A DNA stretch of 55,691 nucleotides from an uncultured Methanosarcinales archaeon (GTDB lineage: Archaea; Nanobdellota; Nanobdellia; Woesearchaeales; B54-G15), in the NCBI GenBank assembly GCA_964519225.1, contig CAZFJK010000003.1:5061-60751 (forward strand), given 5' to 3'. The translations under genes were made by a program, and so were the position numbers. The notes below the pieces were generated by a model. The model was not told the DNA's origin, did no database searches, and worked only from the letters and a program-made list of their open reading frames with translations. Shown here in pieces: positions 8,654 to 17,060 of the stretch (position 1 is its first letter; each line of letters opens with the position of its first letter).

Positions 8654-11600
8654 TTAAATAGGAGTGAGTTTGATTAACTGGTTCCATACATCTGGATTGA
8701 AGCTTAGGATTGTTTGCTCTGTTGCTGTGGCGTTGCAGAAGGTTTGAGGTATGTTTTTAAGAGAATCGCATATTTGTGCTGTTATGTTTTCTAATCTTGC
8801 AACAATGTAGGTTTCATTTGCTCTTGTCTCTTTTAATGCAAGGATTTGCTTGTTTTGTGATTTTGCAATAAATAATGCATCGTAATTTTGATGGGTTTCG
8901 ATCGATGAGAGACTGACGAGGTTTCCAAGCATTGTTTTGGGTTTCCATGTTCCTGTTATGAATTGTATTATCGATTTAAATATATTAAATAAACGTGAGA
9001 AAAATCCGCGCTGCATTGTTATGCCCTGTTTTGAATAAAATACCGCATTCAGCTGACGATCGTACCAAATGCGTTTGTCATTGCTGCAAGTGTCAAAATC
9101 AACGACGTTATTGCAATAGGTTGTTGGTAAATCTAAAGCGTAAAGGAAAGAGTATTCTGAATCGTTGATTGGTTTGTTGAGCGAAACAGCGAATAATGTT
9201 TTTTCCTTTCCTGCGTCAATGAATTTAAGAACGCAGAAGTTATTTACGCAAGGTACTGGTGTTGTGAAATTAAAGCATGTTGGCGGTACTGCTGGAAAAA
9301 GAGATTCTCCTTGAATATACTTAAGCTTTAATGTTGGTTCTGGTAGTGTTGTTTTGAAATCGTCGCACAGTAAAGTGAATTCGTTTGCTGTTGTTGTAAG
9401 ATTAAGAAGGACCGATGCAAGAGTTCTTGTTCTTGTGCGCCATTCGCCGTTATAGCACAGATGATCAAAGATATACTGGCTGTGGTTTATACATATTGGA
9501 TTGTCTTTGTAGCCCGGATCTGGTGAATATGTCTCTGGTTTGTTGAAGTTGTCTGGATTTCCGTTAGGATCAACTAAACATTGTTCTGGATAAGGGCAGT
9601 AAGCTGATTGGTTTGAAAGCCAGTCGTATTTAAGAGGCGCAGCAATCCATTTTCCGTAAACACAACGATATGTTTTTCCTGAAATGTTGTATGTTTGTTG
9701 AGGTTTGTCGTGTAAAGATGCTAGACACATAGAGCCGTTCCAGCAAAATAGCGGATGACAGCAGCTTTTTGTTTTTTTGTCAGGATCATAGGAAGTTGTG
9801 TTTCTTTCTGATGCAGGTGTTCCTGAGAATGCGTCACTCCAGCTTTCTTCATAGGAACAGAAGTAGTTTCCAAAGGTAGTGCATGGTTCTGATTTTTTGG
9901 TTTTTGCTGGAAGGGGAAGCGTTGAAACTAGATTTTGGCAGTAGTAGAACTTTTTATTTGAATACAGGACATCGCGTTTAATTTCTTCTAATTCAGATGA
10001 GTAGATTGTTTCTGTTGGTTTTCCTTGGATTGCTGTTTGCATAATGAAGATTGATTTTGAACAGAATGGTTCTTTGCAAGCAATAGGTTTTTTGAAATTG
10101 CCTTTTGTTTCTGTGAAAAATGCTGATTCGTTTTCTAAGATTGGTAAGCCATTGATGCAAGCTCCTTTTTCGTCTGCGTATGATTGTGTTTCGTTGTAGC
10201 AGCATTTAGTGCCTGTCCATGTATAAAGATTTGAGCAGACGGTTTCTGAATTTTCTAATTTTTCTGGTGATATCCAGTAATCGTGAGTTTGAGCAAATTC
10301 ATCTGTGCAGAAAAATAAGGGTTCTTTTGTTTCGAGGTATATGTTTTTCACTTTAAGCTTGAGGGGTTCTGTCATAGCAGTAACATTTGTATAAAAAATG
10401 ATCTGATCGATATCTGTTGGATTTACGTTATGCAGAGGGATTTCGATTCTTATCCATTTTCCTGTTTTTACCTCGCGTGCAAATGCGAAGATCGGACCTC
10501 TTATGAGAATGTCTAAATTATTGACATTTGTTGCCATGCCTGACGCAAGTAGAACTTCTGTTACTGGTTTGACTGAAGATATGTTTATGAAGAAGATAAG
10601 ATATTCGGAAGGAGGGCTTGAATTAATGTTTAGAGAAATGCTTTTGTATGCTGAAATTGTTTCGTCTGAGATATGAGGGGTGATATCTTTAAAATATTCG
10701 TATGTGAATGAGTAATTGTTTCTATCAATAATCGTGATTGGTTCTGCTCGGTAGATTGCTTGAGTATATTGCTCTGGATACCTGTGTTTGCTGTAGCATG
10801 TTTCGCCTGGAATGCAGCATTCGTAGAATTTTTGATTGTAGCAAATAAATCTGTAAGATTCTCTAGTTCCAGATAAGATTGTTCTGTCTGGTATGCCTGT
10901 ATCTGCTGTTGTGTTGCATAAGTACCATCTTGCACCGTTTGAGATGTATTGTTTTTTATTGAATTCATATATTTTGAAGGGTTCCTGACCTGCTTGATGC
11001 CAGATAGAGCCGTCGCAAAGGAATTCGTAATCAGAAATATCTTTTAGTCCTTTTGGAGAAAGTTTTCCTTTGTTTTCTGGATAGCAGCAGTATTCGTCAA
11101 AGGAACCTGTTTGAGGAGCATTTGGAAGCCATTCGCCATCCTCTAATTGGCATTGCGCGTAGCCTTTGAATTTTCTATAACCAATAATGAAGCGTGTTTC
11201 GTCGTTTGTTGAACCGCCAAGTTCTAAGCCGACAATTGCTGCATCGTCGTATTCAACAAAAACCCGGGCTTGGTAAAAGGATTTATCTGCGCCAGCTGAT
11301 GATGCGTCCTTAACTGAAGAAAGACTGCAATCAGGGTTTAATTCTCTGTAAGAATACCAAAATGAATCAAAGCGTCCTTTATGAAAATCAAATCCAAAGC
11401 CAACAAGAAAAGCGTTTTCAGGCAATTGGATATTGAATGGAAATTTATATTTTAGTGGTACGAGTGTGGGCCCTGGAACAAGAGAATAACATTTTCCTTT
11501 GTTTGTCCATTTTTTTATGCCGAGTTTGCATGTGCCTGTTGTTTCATTATAGATCAGTTCTGCATATTGGATTCCTTTGTCTCGGCTGAAGCCCGTTATG

Positions 11601-11767
11601 ACATAAGGTTTATCAGTTGGGATTTGCTGGTATTCACAATACGTTCTTGCGAAAGCGCTCTTTTTTGTTTCTTTTACTGATGCTTCTAAGAAAGCTATTG
11701 ATAGTTGGGCTGTGATGATCAAGAGCGTTGCGAGTATAAATAGATGAATAAAACAGTTTTTCTTCAT
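8654..11767 (-). CDS. Hypothetical 1037-aa secreted Cys-rich protein
   Basis: ORF track (the track starts at a GTG at 11773; an ATG at 11767 gives MKKNCFIHLFILATLLIITAQLSIAF, a Sec-type signal). Many Cys residues, often as CC/CxC pairs. I recognise no enzymatic motif. First gene of the tightly packed 5-gene minus-strand cluster. Confidence 0.8.
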   Translation of the reverse strand: MKKNCFIHLFILATLLIITAQLSIAFLEASVKETKKSAFARTYCEYQQIPTDKPYVITGFSRDKGIQYAELIYNETTGTCKLGIKKWTNKGKCYSLVPGPTLVPLKYKFPFNIQLPENAFLVGFGFDFHKGRFDSFWYSYRELNPDCSLSSVKDASSAGADKSFYQARVFVEYDDAAIVGLELGGSTNDETRFIIGYRKFKGYAQCQLEDGEWLPNAPQTGSFDEYCCYPENKGKLSPKGLKDISDYEFLCDGSIWHQAGQEPFKIYEFNKKQYISNGARWYLCNTTADTGIPDRTILSGTRESYRFICYNQKFYECCIPGETCYSKHRYPEQYTQAIYRAEPITIIDRNNYSFTYEYFKDITPHISDETISAYKSISLNINSSPPSEYLIFFINISSVKPVTEVLLASGMATNVNNLDILIRGPIFAFAREVKTGKWIRIEIPLHNVNPTDIDQIIFYTNVTAMTEPLKLKVKNIYLETKEPLFFCTDEFAQTHDYWISPEKLENSETVCSNLYTWTGTKCCYNETQSYADEKGACINGLPILENESAFFTETKGNFKKPIACKEPFCSKSIFIMQTAIQGKPTETIYSSELEEIKRDVLYSNKKFYYCQNLVSTLPLPAKTKKSEPCTTFGNYFCSYEESWSDAFSGTPASERNTTSYDPDKKTKSCCHPLFCWNGSMCLASLHDKPQQTYNISGKTYRCVYGKWIAAPLKYDWLSNQSAYCPYPEQCLVDPNGNPDNFNKPETYSPDPGYKDNPICINHSQYIFDHLCYNGEWRTRTRTLASVLLNLTTTANEFTLLCDDFKTTLPEPTLKLKYIQGESLFPAVPPTCFNFTTPVPCVNNFCVLKFIDAGKEKTLFAVSLNKPINDSEYSFLYALDLPTTYCNNVVDFDTCSNDKRIWYDRQLNAVFYSKQGITMQRGFFSRLFNIFKSIIQFITGTWKPKTMLGNLVSLSSIETHQNYDALFIAKSQNKQILALKETRANETYIVARLENITAQICDSLKNIPQTFCNATATEQTILSFNPDVWNQLIKLTPI

Positions 11768-11810
11768 TTTCACCTCTTTTTATTGTTTTGTTAAAAGGAG
11801 TGAAAAGGAT

Positions 11811-11818
11811 TATATAAA
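11811..11818 (-). promoter_or_regulatory. Candidate TATA box for the surface-protein operon
   Basis: The minus strand reads TTTATATA about 44-51 nt upstream of the ATG at 11767. It lies just after the stop of the upstream Rpp30 gene. Confidence 0.35.
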
Positions 11819-11820
11819 CC

Positions 11821-12483
11821 TTATTCAACGAGTTCTATTCCTTTTGCTATAAAAGTTGGTGATTTTCTTTTGCGATTGAATTTTATTTTTTCTACCAATG
11901 TTTTGTAATTTTGTTTTGTTTCTTTTGGAGTAAGCTGGAATAGGTTAAAGAAGCTTATTACGTCGTGAAAATAAAGCATTTCTAAAGGATGGTTTGCAAA
12001 ACTTGCCATAATAACTGGAACGTGATATTTTTTGCATAGTATGATGTTCTGCGCTATTCTTCCAAGCAGAATGGATTTTTGCTTTGTATTGAGGATTGAG
12101 CGATTTATGCAAAGGAATTTTTCTTTTTTTGCAAGAATCTTAACGAGAACTTGATTTAAACCGCTTGCTCTAAAATGAAGCGGATCTTTTGATTCAAGGG
12201 TTTCGATGTTTGTTATGATGTCGCAATTTGCTTTCTCAATAAAAATGCGAAGGTTCTGCTTTGATGGAACAGCAATGACAAGATCTGCAAGCTTTGATGC
12301 TTTTTTTGCCTGGTTCGGTTTATTGATGATTATTGCTGAAGCGATATTTATGCTGTTTTCAGTAAATTTTAGTTCTTTAAATTCATTGAAAGGATAAGCA
12401 AAAACGAGCCATTTATAAGCAAAACGTTTAGCAAATGACAGGAATTCTTTCTCATTGTTTTTTGGAGAAACGATGTCGAACAT
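11821..12483 (-). CDS. rnp3: RNase P protein component 3 (Rpp30-like)
   Basis: 220 aa. The pattern ...CDIITNIE...PLHFRASGLNQVLVKILAKKEKFLCINRSIL...ILLGRIAQNIILCKKYHVPVIMASFANHPLEMLYFHDV matches my recollection of archaeal Rpp30 TIM-barrel proteins. Motif recall only. Confidence 0.6.
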   Translation of the reverse strand: MFDIVSPKNNEKEFLSFAKRFAYKWLVFAYPFNEFKELKFTENSINIASAIIINKPNQAKKASKLADLVIAVPSKQNLRIFIEKANCDIITNIETLESKDPLHFRASGLNQVLVKILAKKEKFLCINRSILNTKQKSILLGRIAQNIILCKKYHVPVIMASFANHPLEMLYFHDVISFFNLFQLTPKETKQNYKTLVEKIKFNRKRKSPTFIAKGIELVE

Positions 12484-12506
12484 GTGCTTTTTGAGTGTTT
12501 GTTTTC

Positions 12507-12515
12507 TATATAAAA
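12507..12515 (-). promoter_or_regulatory. Candidate TATA box for rnp3 (implies a leaderless or near-leaderless mRNA)
   Basis: The minus strand reads TTTTATATA, with its proximal edge 24 nt upstream of the start codon at 12483. Confidence 0.35.
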
Positions 12516-12536
12516 GTTGCTACGAATTTGTTATAT

Positions 12537-12640
12537 TTCCACTGGAAATAAAGGGGTGTTAGTCGTTTTGATTTAAAGTTCCAAAGGAAATGAAGGGGTT
12601 TTAAAAATGAATTATATAAATTCCAAAGGAAATGAAGGGG
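12537..12640 (+). repeat. Three direct ORB-like (origin recognition box-like) 20-bp repeats with an exact 42-bp period
   Basis: TTCCACTGGAAATAAAGGGG at 12537..12556, TTCCAAAGGAAATGAAGGGG at 12579..12598, and an identical copy at 12621..12640. Each has a TCCAnnGGAAA dyad followed by a G-string, as in archaeal Orc1/Cdc6 binding sites. Confidence 0.6.
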
Positions 12641-12791
12641 AGTAGAGATTTTGGCTTATATTTTAGGTTCTCTTTATTTTTAAATACATAAATTTAAATA
12701 AGTTTTTGCTTTATAAATAAAAGATGTGAAAAGTCCAATCTAATGCTTTTTAAGCTAAATGGAAAGAAAATATTTGGTTTGGTGGTAAAGA

Positions 12792-13364
12792 ATGCCTAAA
12801 AAAAGGAAAAAAATAGGTAAAAAGGAAATACATGTTGTTAATATTGTTGTAAGCACTTCTTTGGAGCATGATATACCGTTAGAGAAGATGGCTGCAACAC
12901 TTTCTAATACAGAGTATAATCCTGAGCAGTTTCCTGGTCTTGTGCTTAGGATTAAAGAGCCTAAAACAAGTGCTTTGATATTCAGCAGCGGAAAGGTTGT
13001 TTGCACAGGAGCGAGGAGCATGGATAAGGTGGAAGAGAGCATAAAGAAGATAATAAAAAGTTTGGAGAAGATCAATATAAAGATCAAGATAAAGCCTGTG
13101 ATTAGCATTCAGAATATTGTTGCAAGCGGCAGCGTTGGAATGGATTTGAATTTGAATGATCTGGCAATGAAGTTACCTAATACAGAATACGAACCTGAAC
13201 AGTTTCCCGGTTTGGTTTTTAAGCTGCCTGGAACAAGAGCAACGTTTTTGCTTTTCTCGAACGGAAAGATTGTCTGTACTGGAACAAAGAGCGAAAAGGA
13301 AGTGCATGAAAGCTTGGATAAGCTGATTGAGGTTTTGAAGAAAGCAAAAGGGATTAAGCGTTAA
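12792..13364 (+). CDS. tbp: TATA-box binding protein
   Basis: Two internal TBP repeats: NIVVSTSL...EYNPEQFPGLVLRIKEPKTSALIFSSGKVVCTGARS and NIVASGSV...EYEPEQFPGLVFKLPGTRATFLLFSNGKIVCTGTKS. GGTGG lies 7 nt upstream of the ATG. Confidence 0.95.
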   Translation: MPKKRKKIGKKEIHVVNIVVSTSLEHDIPLEKMAATLSNTEYNPEQFPGLVLRIKEPKTSALIFSSGKVVCTGARSMDKVEESIKKIIKSLEKINIKIKIKPVISIQNIVASGSVGMDLNLNDLAMKLPNTEYEPEQFPGLVFKLPGTRATFLLFSNGKIVCTGTKSEKEVHESLDKLIEVLKKAKGIKR

Positions 13365-13370
13365 ATCGAG

Positions 13371-13382
13371 TTTTTTATTTTT
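13371..13382 (+). terminator. Oligo-T tract downstream of tbp (possible archaeal terminator)
   Basis: TTTTTTATTTTT begins 7 nt after the tbp stop codon. Confidence 0.3.
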
Positions 13383-13421
13383 GATTTAAAAAAAGAGGTG
13401 TTTCTGAACTATTTTGGTTAG

Positions 13422-16400
13422 ATGAAAATGGAGGTGAGAGAGTTAATTGATAAAATAAAGGAATTTTTTGAATTGTTTTATTTTGATAGGATTCTTGAAA
13501 AAGCAAGGAAGGGTGAGAAAAGTTTTCAGGTTGATTTTTCTGACCTGTTGAAGTTTGATTCTGAGCTTGGTGAAATGGTTTTGGATGATCCAGAAGAATT
13601 ATTGAAGTGCTTTGATCTTGCTGTGAAGGAGCTTGGGTTTGAGTTAAGGGTTAGGTTTTTTAACCTTCCTTTAAGCAGCTATATGCTGATCAGAAATATA
13701 AGAAGTAAAGATATAGGTAAGTTTGTTGCGATTGAAGGCGTAGTAAGGCAGAAAAGTGATGTAAGGCCGCAGGTCACAGCTGCAAGATTTGAATGTCCTA
13801 GTTGTGGCAATGTGATAAATGTTTTACAGCTTGATACGAGCTTTAAAGAGCCAAATAGGTGTAGTTGCGGCAGAAAAGGAAGATTCAGATTGCTTGGAAA
13901 GGAACTGGTTGATGCTCAGGGACTGGTTCTTGAAGAATTGCCAGAACATCTTGAAGGAGGAGAGCAACCTAAGAGAATTAAGGTTTTTCTTAAGGATGAC
14001 TTGGTAAGTCCTATGACAGAGAAGAGAACAAATCCTGGAAGCAGAATAGTTGTAATTGGTGTAATTAAGGAAGTGCCGATTGTTTTGAGAGGCGGCGTAA
14101 AGAGCACAAGGTATGATTTAATGGTCGAGGCAAACAATGTTGAGTTTGTTGAAGAAGATTTCTATTCGCTTGAGATTACAAAAGAGGAGGAAGAACAGAT
14201 AAAAGAACTTGCAAAAGATGAATACATTTATGATAAACTTGTTGAGAGCATAGCACCATCGATTTATGGTTATGAAAAGATGAAGGAGGCGTTGGTTCTG
14301 CAATTATTTGGCGGTGTAAGAAAAACAAGGAAAGACGGTGTTGTTTCAAGAGGGGATATCCATATTCTGCTTATTGGCGATCCTGGTGCAGGAAAAAGTG
14401 CTCTTTTGAAAAGAATGGTACTGGTTGCGCCAAAAGCAAGATATGTAAGCGGAAAGGGTGCGACGGGTGCAGGTTTATGTGTTGGTCCGGATAGTTTTGT
14501 GATTACAAATTCAGGATGCATTTATAGAATTGAAGAATTAGTTGAAGAAAAATTAAATGGAAATAAGAAAAGATTTGAGGAGGGGATCTGGCAGGCTAAG
14601 GATCCGAATGATGGTAGGAAGGTTTTAAGCTTGGATAAAGACTTGAAGCTGAATGAAAGAAAGATAAGTCAATTTTGGAAGCTTGAAGCTCCGCATGAGC
14701 TGGTACGTTTGATTACGCAAAGTGGAAAAGAATTGATTGTGACGCCAGAAACGAGATTGCTTACGCTGGAAAATGGTTTTGTTTGTTGGAAAAAAGCAAA
14801 GTCGTTTAAAGAAGGTGATTGTCTTGCAACTGCGCGAGAAATTGAAACAAGTGAAGTAATCAACGATGTTCTTGTTGTTGATTTGATTGAGAGCAATCCG
14901 CTTGTTTATGGTGTTGGCGATCATGTTAAGAAAGCGATAGATATTATTGCAAAAAAGTTTGGTTCTAAACGAGATGCTGCTAGAAAGCTTGGTTTGAGCG
15001 AAAATCAGCTCTATGTTTGGTTTGGAAAGTGCCCGCCCAAAGGAATACATTTGAAGAAACTTAAGAAATTAGTTGATGCGGCTGGGTTGGATTGGAAAGA
15101 AGTTGTTAAAGATATTGTTTATCTCTCATTGTATAGGGGCCGTAAAATAAAGATTCCATATGCTTTAAATAAAGAATTGTTGTATTTTGCCGGGCTTGTC
15201 GCTGGTGATGGCGATCTCTCAAAAGGCAAGTGTAGCATAGCTATCCGATTTTCGAATAGCTCAGAAGAATTACTAAACCGATTTTCAGCATTAGCTGAGA
15301 GATTGTTTGGTGTAAAGTGTAACAGAACCGAAAAGAGCATGCATAGGCCTGCTGCGGTTAGATTTTCATCGAAGATTGTTTTTGAGATACTCAATAAGCT
15401 GGGCATACCTGCATCGCCTAAATCAGGAAAGATTGATTTGAGTAACGTTCTTCTAGGACTTCCTAATGAGTTGGTTTCGGCATTCCTATCAGGGCTTTTT
15501 GATAGCGATGGGTATGTTGTTGACAGAAAAACAAGAGGAAGTTCTTATGTTGGATTTGTAACAACGAGTAAAATTTTAGCATATAAATTACAATTAGTTC
15601 TGTTGAGGTTCGGGATACACGCAAAGATAAGAAAAAGAAATGCGAATCCGAATATCAAAGTAAAATCTAAGTTGGATAAGTATGAAATTACAATAAAGGG
15701 AAAAGAAAATTTAGAACAATTTGAGAAGAGGATTGGATTTAAATCCAGTGAGAAGAAAGCAAAACTAAGGAAGATTATTAAAAAGATTGGAAGATCAAAT
15801 ACTAATGTAGATTTAATTCCCGGGGTGCAAAACAAAGTTATAGAAGCAAAAATCTGTGCTGGTATTTCTTCTAAACAATTATTTGGTTATAAGAGTTCTA
15901 GTTATAGTTTGAAGGAGAAGGAGAGACTTCAGCGAATTGCTAATAAATTGAACGATAGGCATCTTAAGAAATTAGCTTATTCAGATATTTTCTGGGAGAA
16001 GATAACAAAAGTTGAGATGATACGTAATAAAATAAAATATGTATATGATCTTACTGTTGATGATGCACATAATTTTCTAGTGAATGGTTTCATTGTTCAT
16101 AATACTGCTTCTGTAACAAGAGATGAGTTCCTGAAAGGATGGAGCCTTGAAGCTGGTGCGATGGTTTTGGCGAACGGTGGTTTATGCGCTATTGACGAAT
16201 TGGATAAGATGAGTCAAGAGGATAGGGCTGCTATGCATGAAGGACTGGAGAATCAAACAATAACTATAAGCAAAGCAAACATCCAAGCAACGCTTATTGC
16301 AAGAACGACTGTTCTCGCTGCTGCTAATCCAAAGTTTGGGAGATTTGATCCATATGATATAATTGCTAAGCAGATTGATTTGCCACCGACTTTGATTAAT

Positions 16401-17060
16401 AGATTTGATTTGATATTCCCTGTTAAAGACCTGCCTGAAGAAAAGAAGGATGAATTGCTTGCCGGACATATTTTGAAGCTACATCAAAGGCCTGACTTAA
16501 AAGAAGGAGCAATTCCAACTAAACTTTTAAGGAAATATATTGCTTATGCTAGACAAAGGGTTAAGCCTGTTCTGACTGATGCTGCATTAGAAGAAATAAA
16601 GAGATATTATGTTGAGATGAGGAATAAAGCAGGAGAAGCTGAAGGGGGTATGAAAGCCATTCCTATTTCGCCAAGGCAATTAGAGGCATTAGTAAGGTTG
16701 GCTGAAGCAAGTGCAAAAGTCAGGCTTTCTGATAAAGTTGAAAGGAAGGATGCAAGGCGAGCCATTGATTTACTGCATTATTGCTTAACACAGGTCGGAA
16801 TTGATCCGCATACTGGGAAGATAGATATTGATAAGATCGCGACAGGCGTTACTGCTTCTCAGAGGAGTAGAATCGTTTTGGTGAAGGAAATAATTGAAGA
16901 GCTTGAAAACAGGGTCGGGAAACAGATTCCTATTGAAGATGTTCTTAGGGAAGCACTTAGAAGAAAGATAAGTGAGAGTGATGTTGAAGAAGCTATTGAA
17001 AAGTTAAAGAGGGTGGGGGATATATTTGAGCCTAGAAGAGGATTTATTCAAAGAATTTAA
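13422..17060 (+). CDS. mcm: MCM replicative helicase, interrupted by an in-frame intein
   Basis: N-terminal C4 zinc motif CPSCG...CSCG, Walker A GDPGAGKS, Walker B CAIDELDKM, arginine-finger region NRFDLIF, C-terminal winged-helix tail. 1212 aa in total, about 670 aa once the intein is removed. Confidence 0.95.
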   Translation: MKMEVRELIDKIKEFFELFYFDRILEKARKGEKSFQVDFSDLLKFDSELGEMVLDDPEELLKCFDLAVKELGFELRVRFFNLPLSSYMLIRNIRSKDIGKFVAIEGVVRQKSDVRPQVTAARFECPSCGNVINVLQLDTSFKEPNRCSCGRKGRFRLLGKELVDAQGLVLEELPEHLEGGEQPKRIKVFLKDDLVSPMTEKRTNPGSRIVVIGVIKEVPIVLRGGVKSTRYDLMVEANNVEFVEEDFYSLEITKEEEEQIKELAKDEYIYDKLVESIAPSIYGYEKMKEALVLQLFGGVRKTRKDGVVSRGDIHILLIGDPGAGKSALLKRMVLVAPKARYVSGKGATGAGLCVGPDSFVITNSGCIYRIEELVEEKLNGNKKRFEEGIWQAKDPNDGRKVLSLDKDLKLNERKISQFWKLEAPHELVRLITQSGKELIVTPETRLLTLENGFVCWKKAKSFKEGDCLATAREIETSEVINDVLVVDLIESNPLVYGVGDHVKKAIDIIAKKFGSKRDAARKLGLSENQLYVWFGKCPPKGIHLKKLKKLVDAAGLDWKEVVKDIVYLSLYRGRKIKIPYALNKELLYFAGLVAGDGDLSKGKCSIAIRFSNSSEELLNRFSALAERLFGVKCNRTEKSMHRPAAVRFSSKIVFEILNKLGIPASPKSGKIDLSNVLLGLPNELVSAFLSGLFDSDGYVVDRKTRGSSYVGFVTTSKILAYKLQLVLLRFGIHAKIRKRNANPNIKVKSKLDKYEITIKGKENLEQFEKRIGFKSSEKKAKLRKIIKKIGRSNTNVDLIPGVQNKVIEAKICAGISSKQLFGYKSSSYSLKEKERLQRIANKLNDRHLKKLAYSDIFWEKITKVEMIRNKIKYVYDLTVDDAHNFLVNGFIVHNTASVTRDEFLKGWSLEAGAMVLANGGLCAIDELDKMSQEDRAAMHEGLENQTITISKANIQATLIARTTVLAAANPKFGRFDPYDIIAKQIDLPPTLINRFDLIFPVKDLPEEKKDELLAGHILKLHQRPDLKEGAIPTKLLRKYIAYARQRVKPVLTDAALEEIKRYYVEMRNKAGEAEGGMKAIPISPRQLEALVRLAEASAKVRLSDKVERKDARRAIDLLHYCLTQVGIDPHTGKIDIDKIATGVTASQRSRIVLVKEIIEELENRVGKQIPIEDVLREALRRKISESDVEEAIEKLKRVGDIFEPRRGFIQRI
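14478..16103 (+). mobile_element. MCM intein (542 aa) with a LAGLIDADG homing endonuclease domain
   Basis: The host motif SGKGATGAGL|TASVTRDEF is split. The insert starts with Cys (CVGPDSFVITNSG) and ends ...AHNFLVNGFIVHN, followed by Thr+1. LAGLIDADG motifs LYFAGLVAGDGDL and FLSGLFDSDGYV. Junction codons verified in frame (TGT 14478..14480, AAT 16101..16103). Confidence 0.85.

Noticed and set aside
1-11818. Surface loci (also 51457..55691) as an integrated virus or mobile island
   Set aside because: No integrase, transposase, capsid-like or terminase-like gene is present. There are no flanking direct repeats and no tRNA target. By eye, composition and SD usage look the same as in the housekeeping core.
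12537-12640. Could the regularly spaced repeats be a mini CRISPR array?
   Set aside because: There are only three 20-bp repeats with 22-bp spacers, far shorter than CRISPR units. The spacers are AT-rich and partly similar to each other. The repeat matches the ORB dyad + G-string logic, and no cas genes are adjacent.
14625-15835. Several 75-141-aa minus-strand ORFs inside the MCM intein (14625..15050, 14669..14896, 15119..15406, 15545..15835)
   Set aside because: The intein endonuclease is encoded in frame with mcm on the plus strand (LAGLIDADG motifs present). The antisense ORFs are typical AT-rich shadows, not a free-standing homing endonuclease gene.
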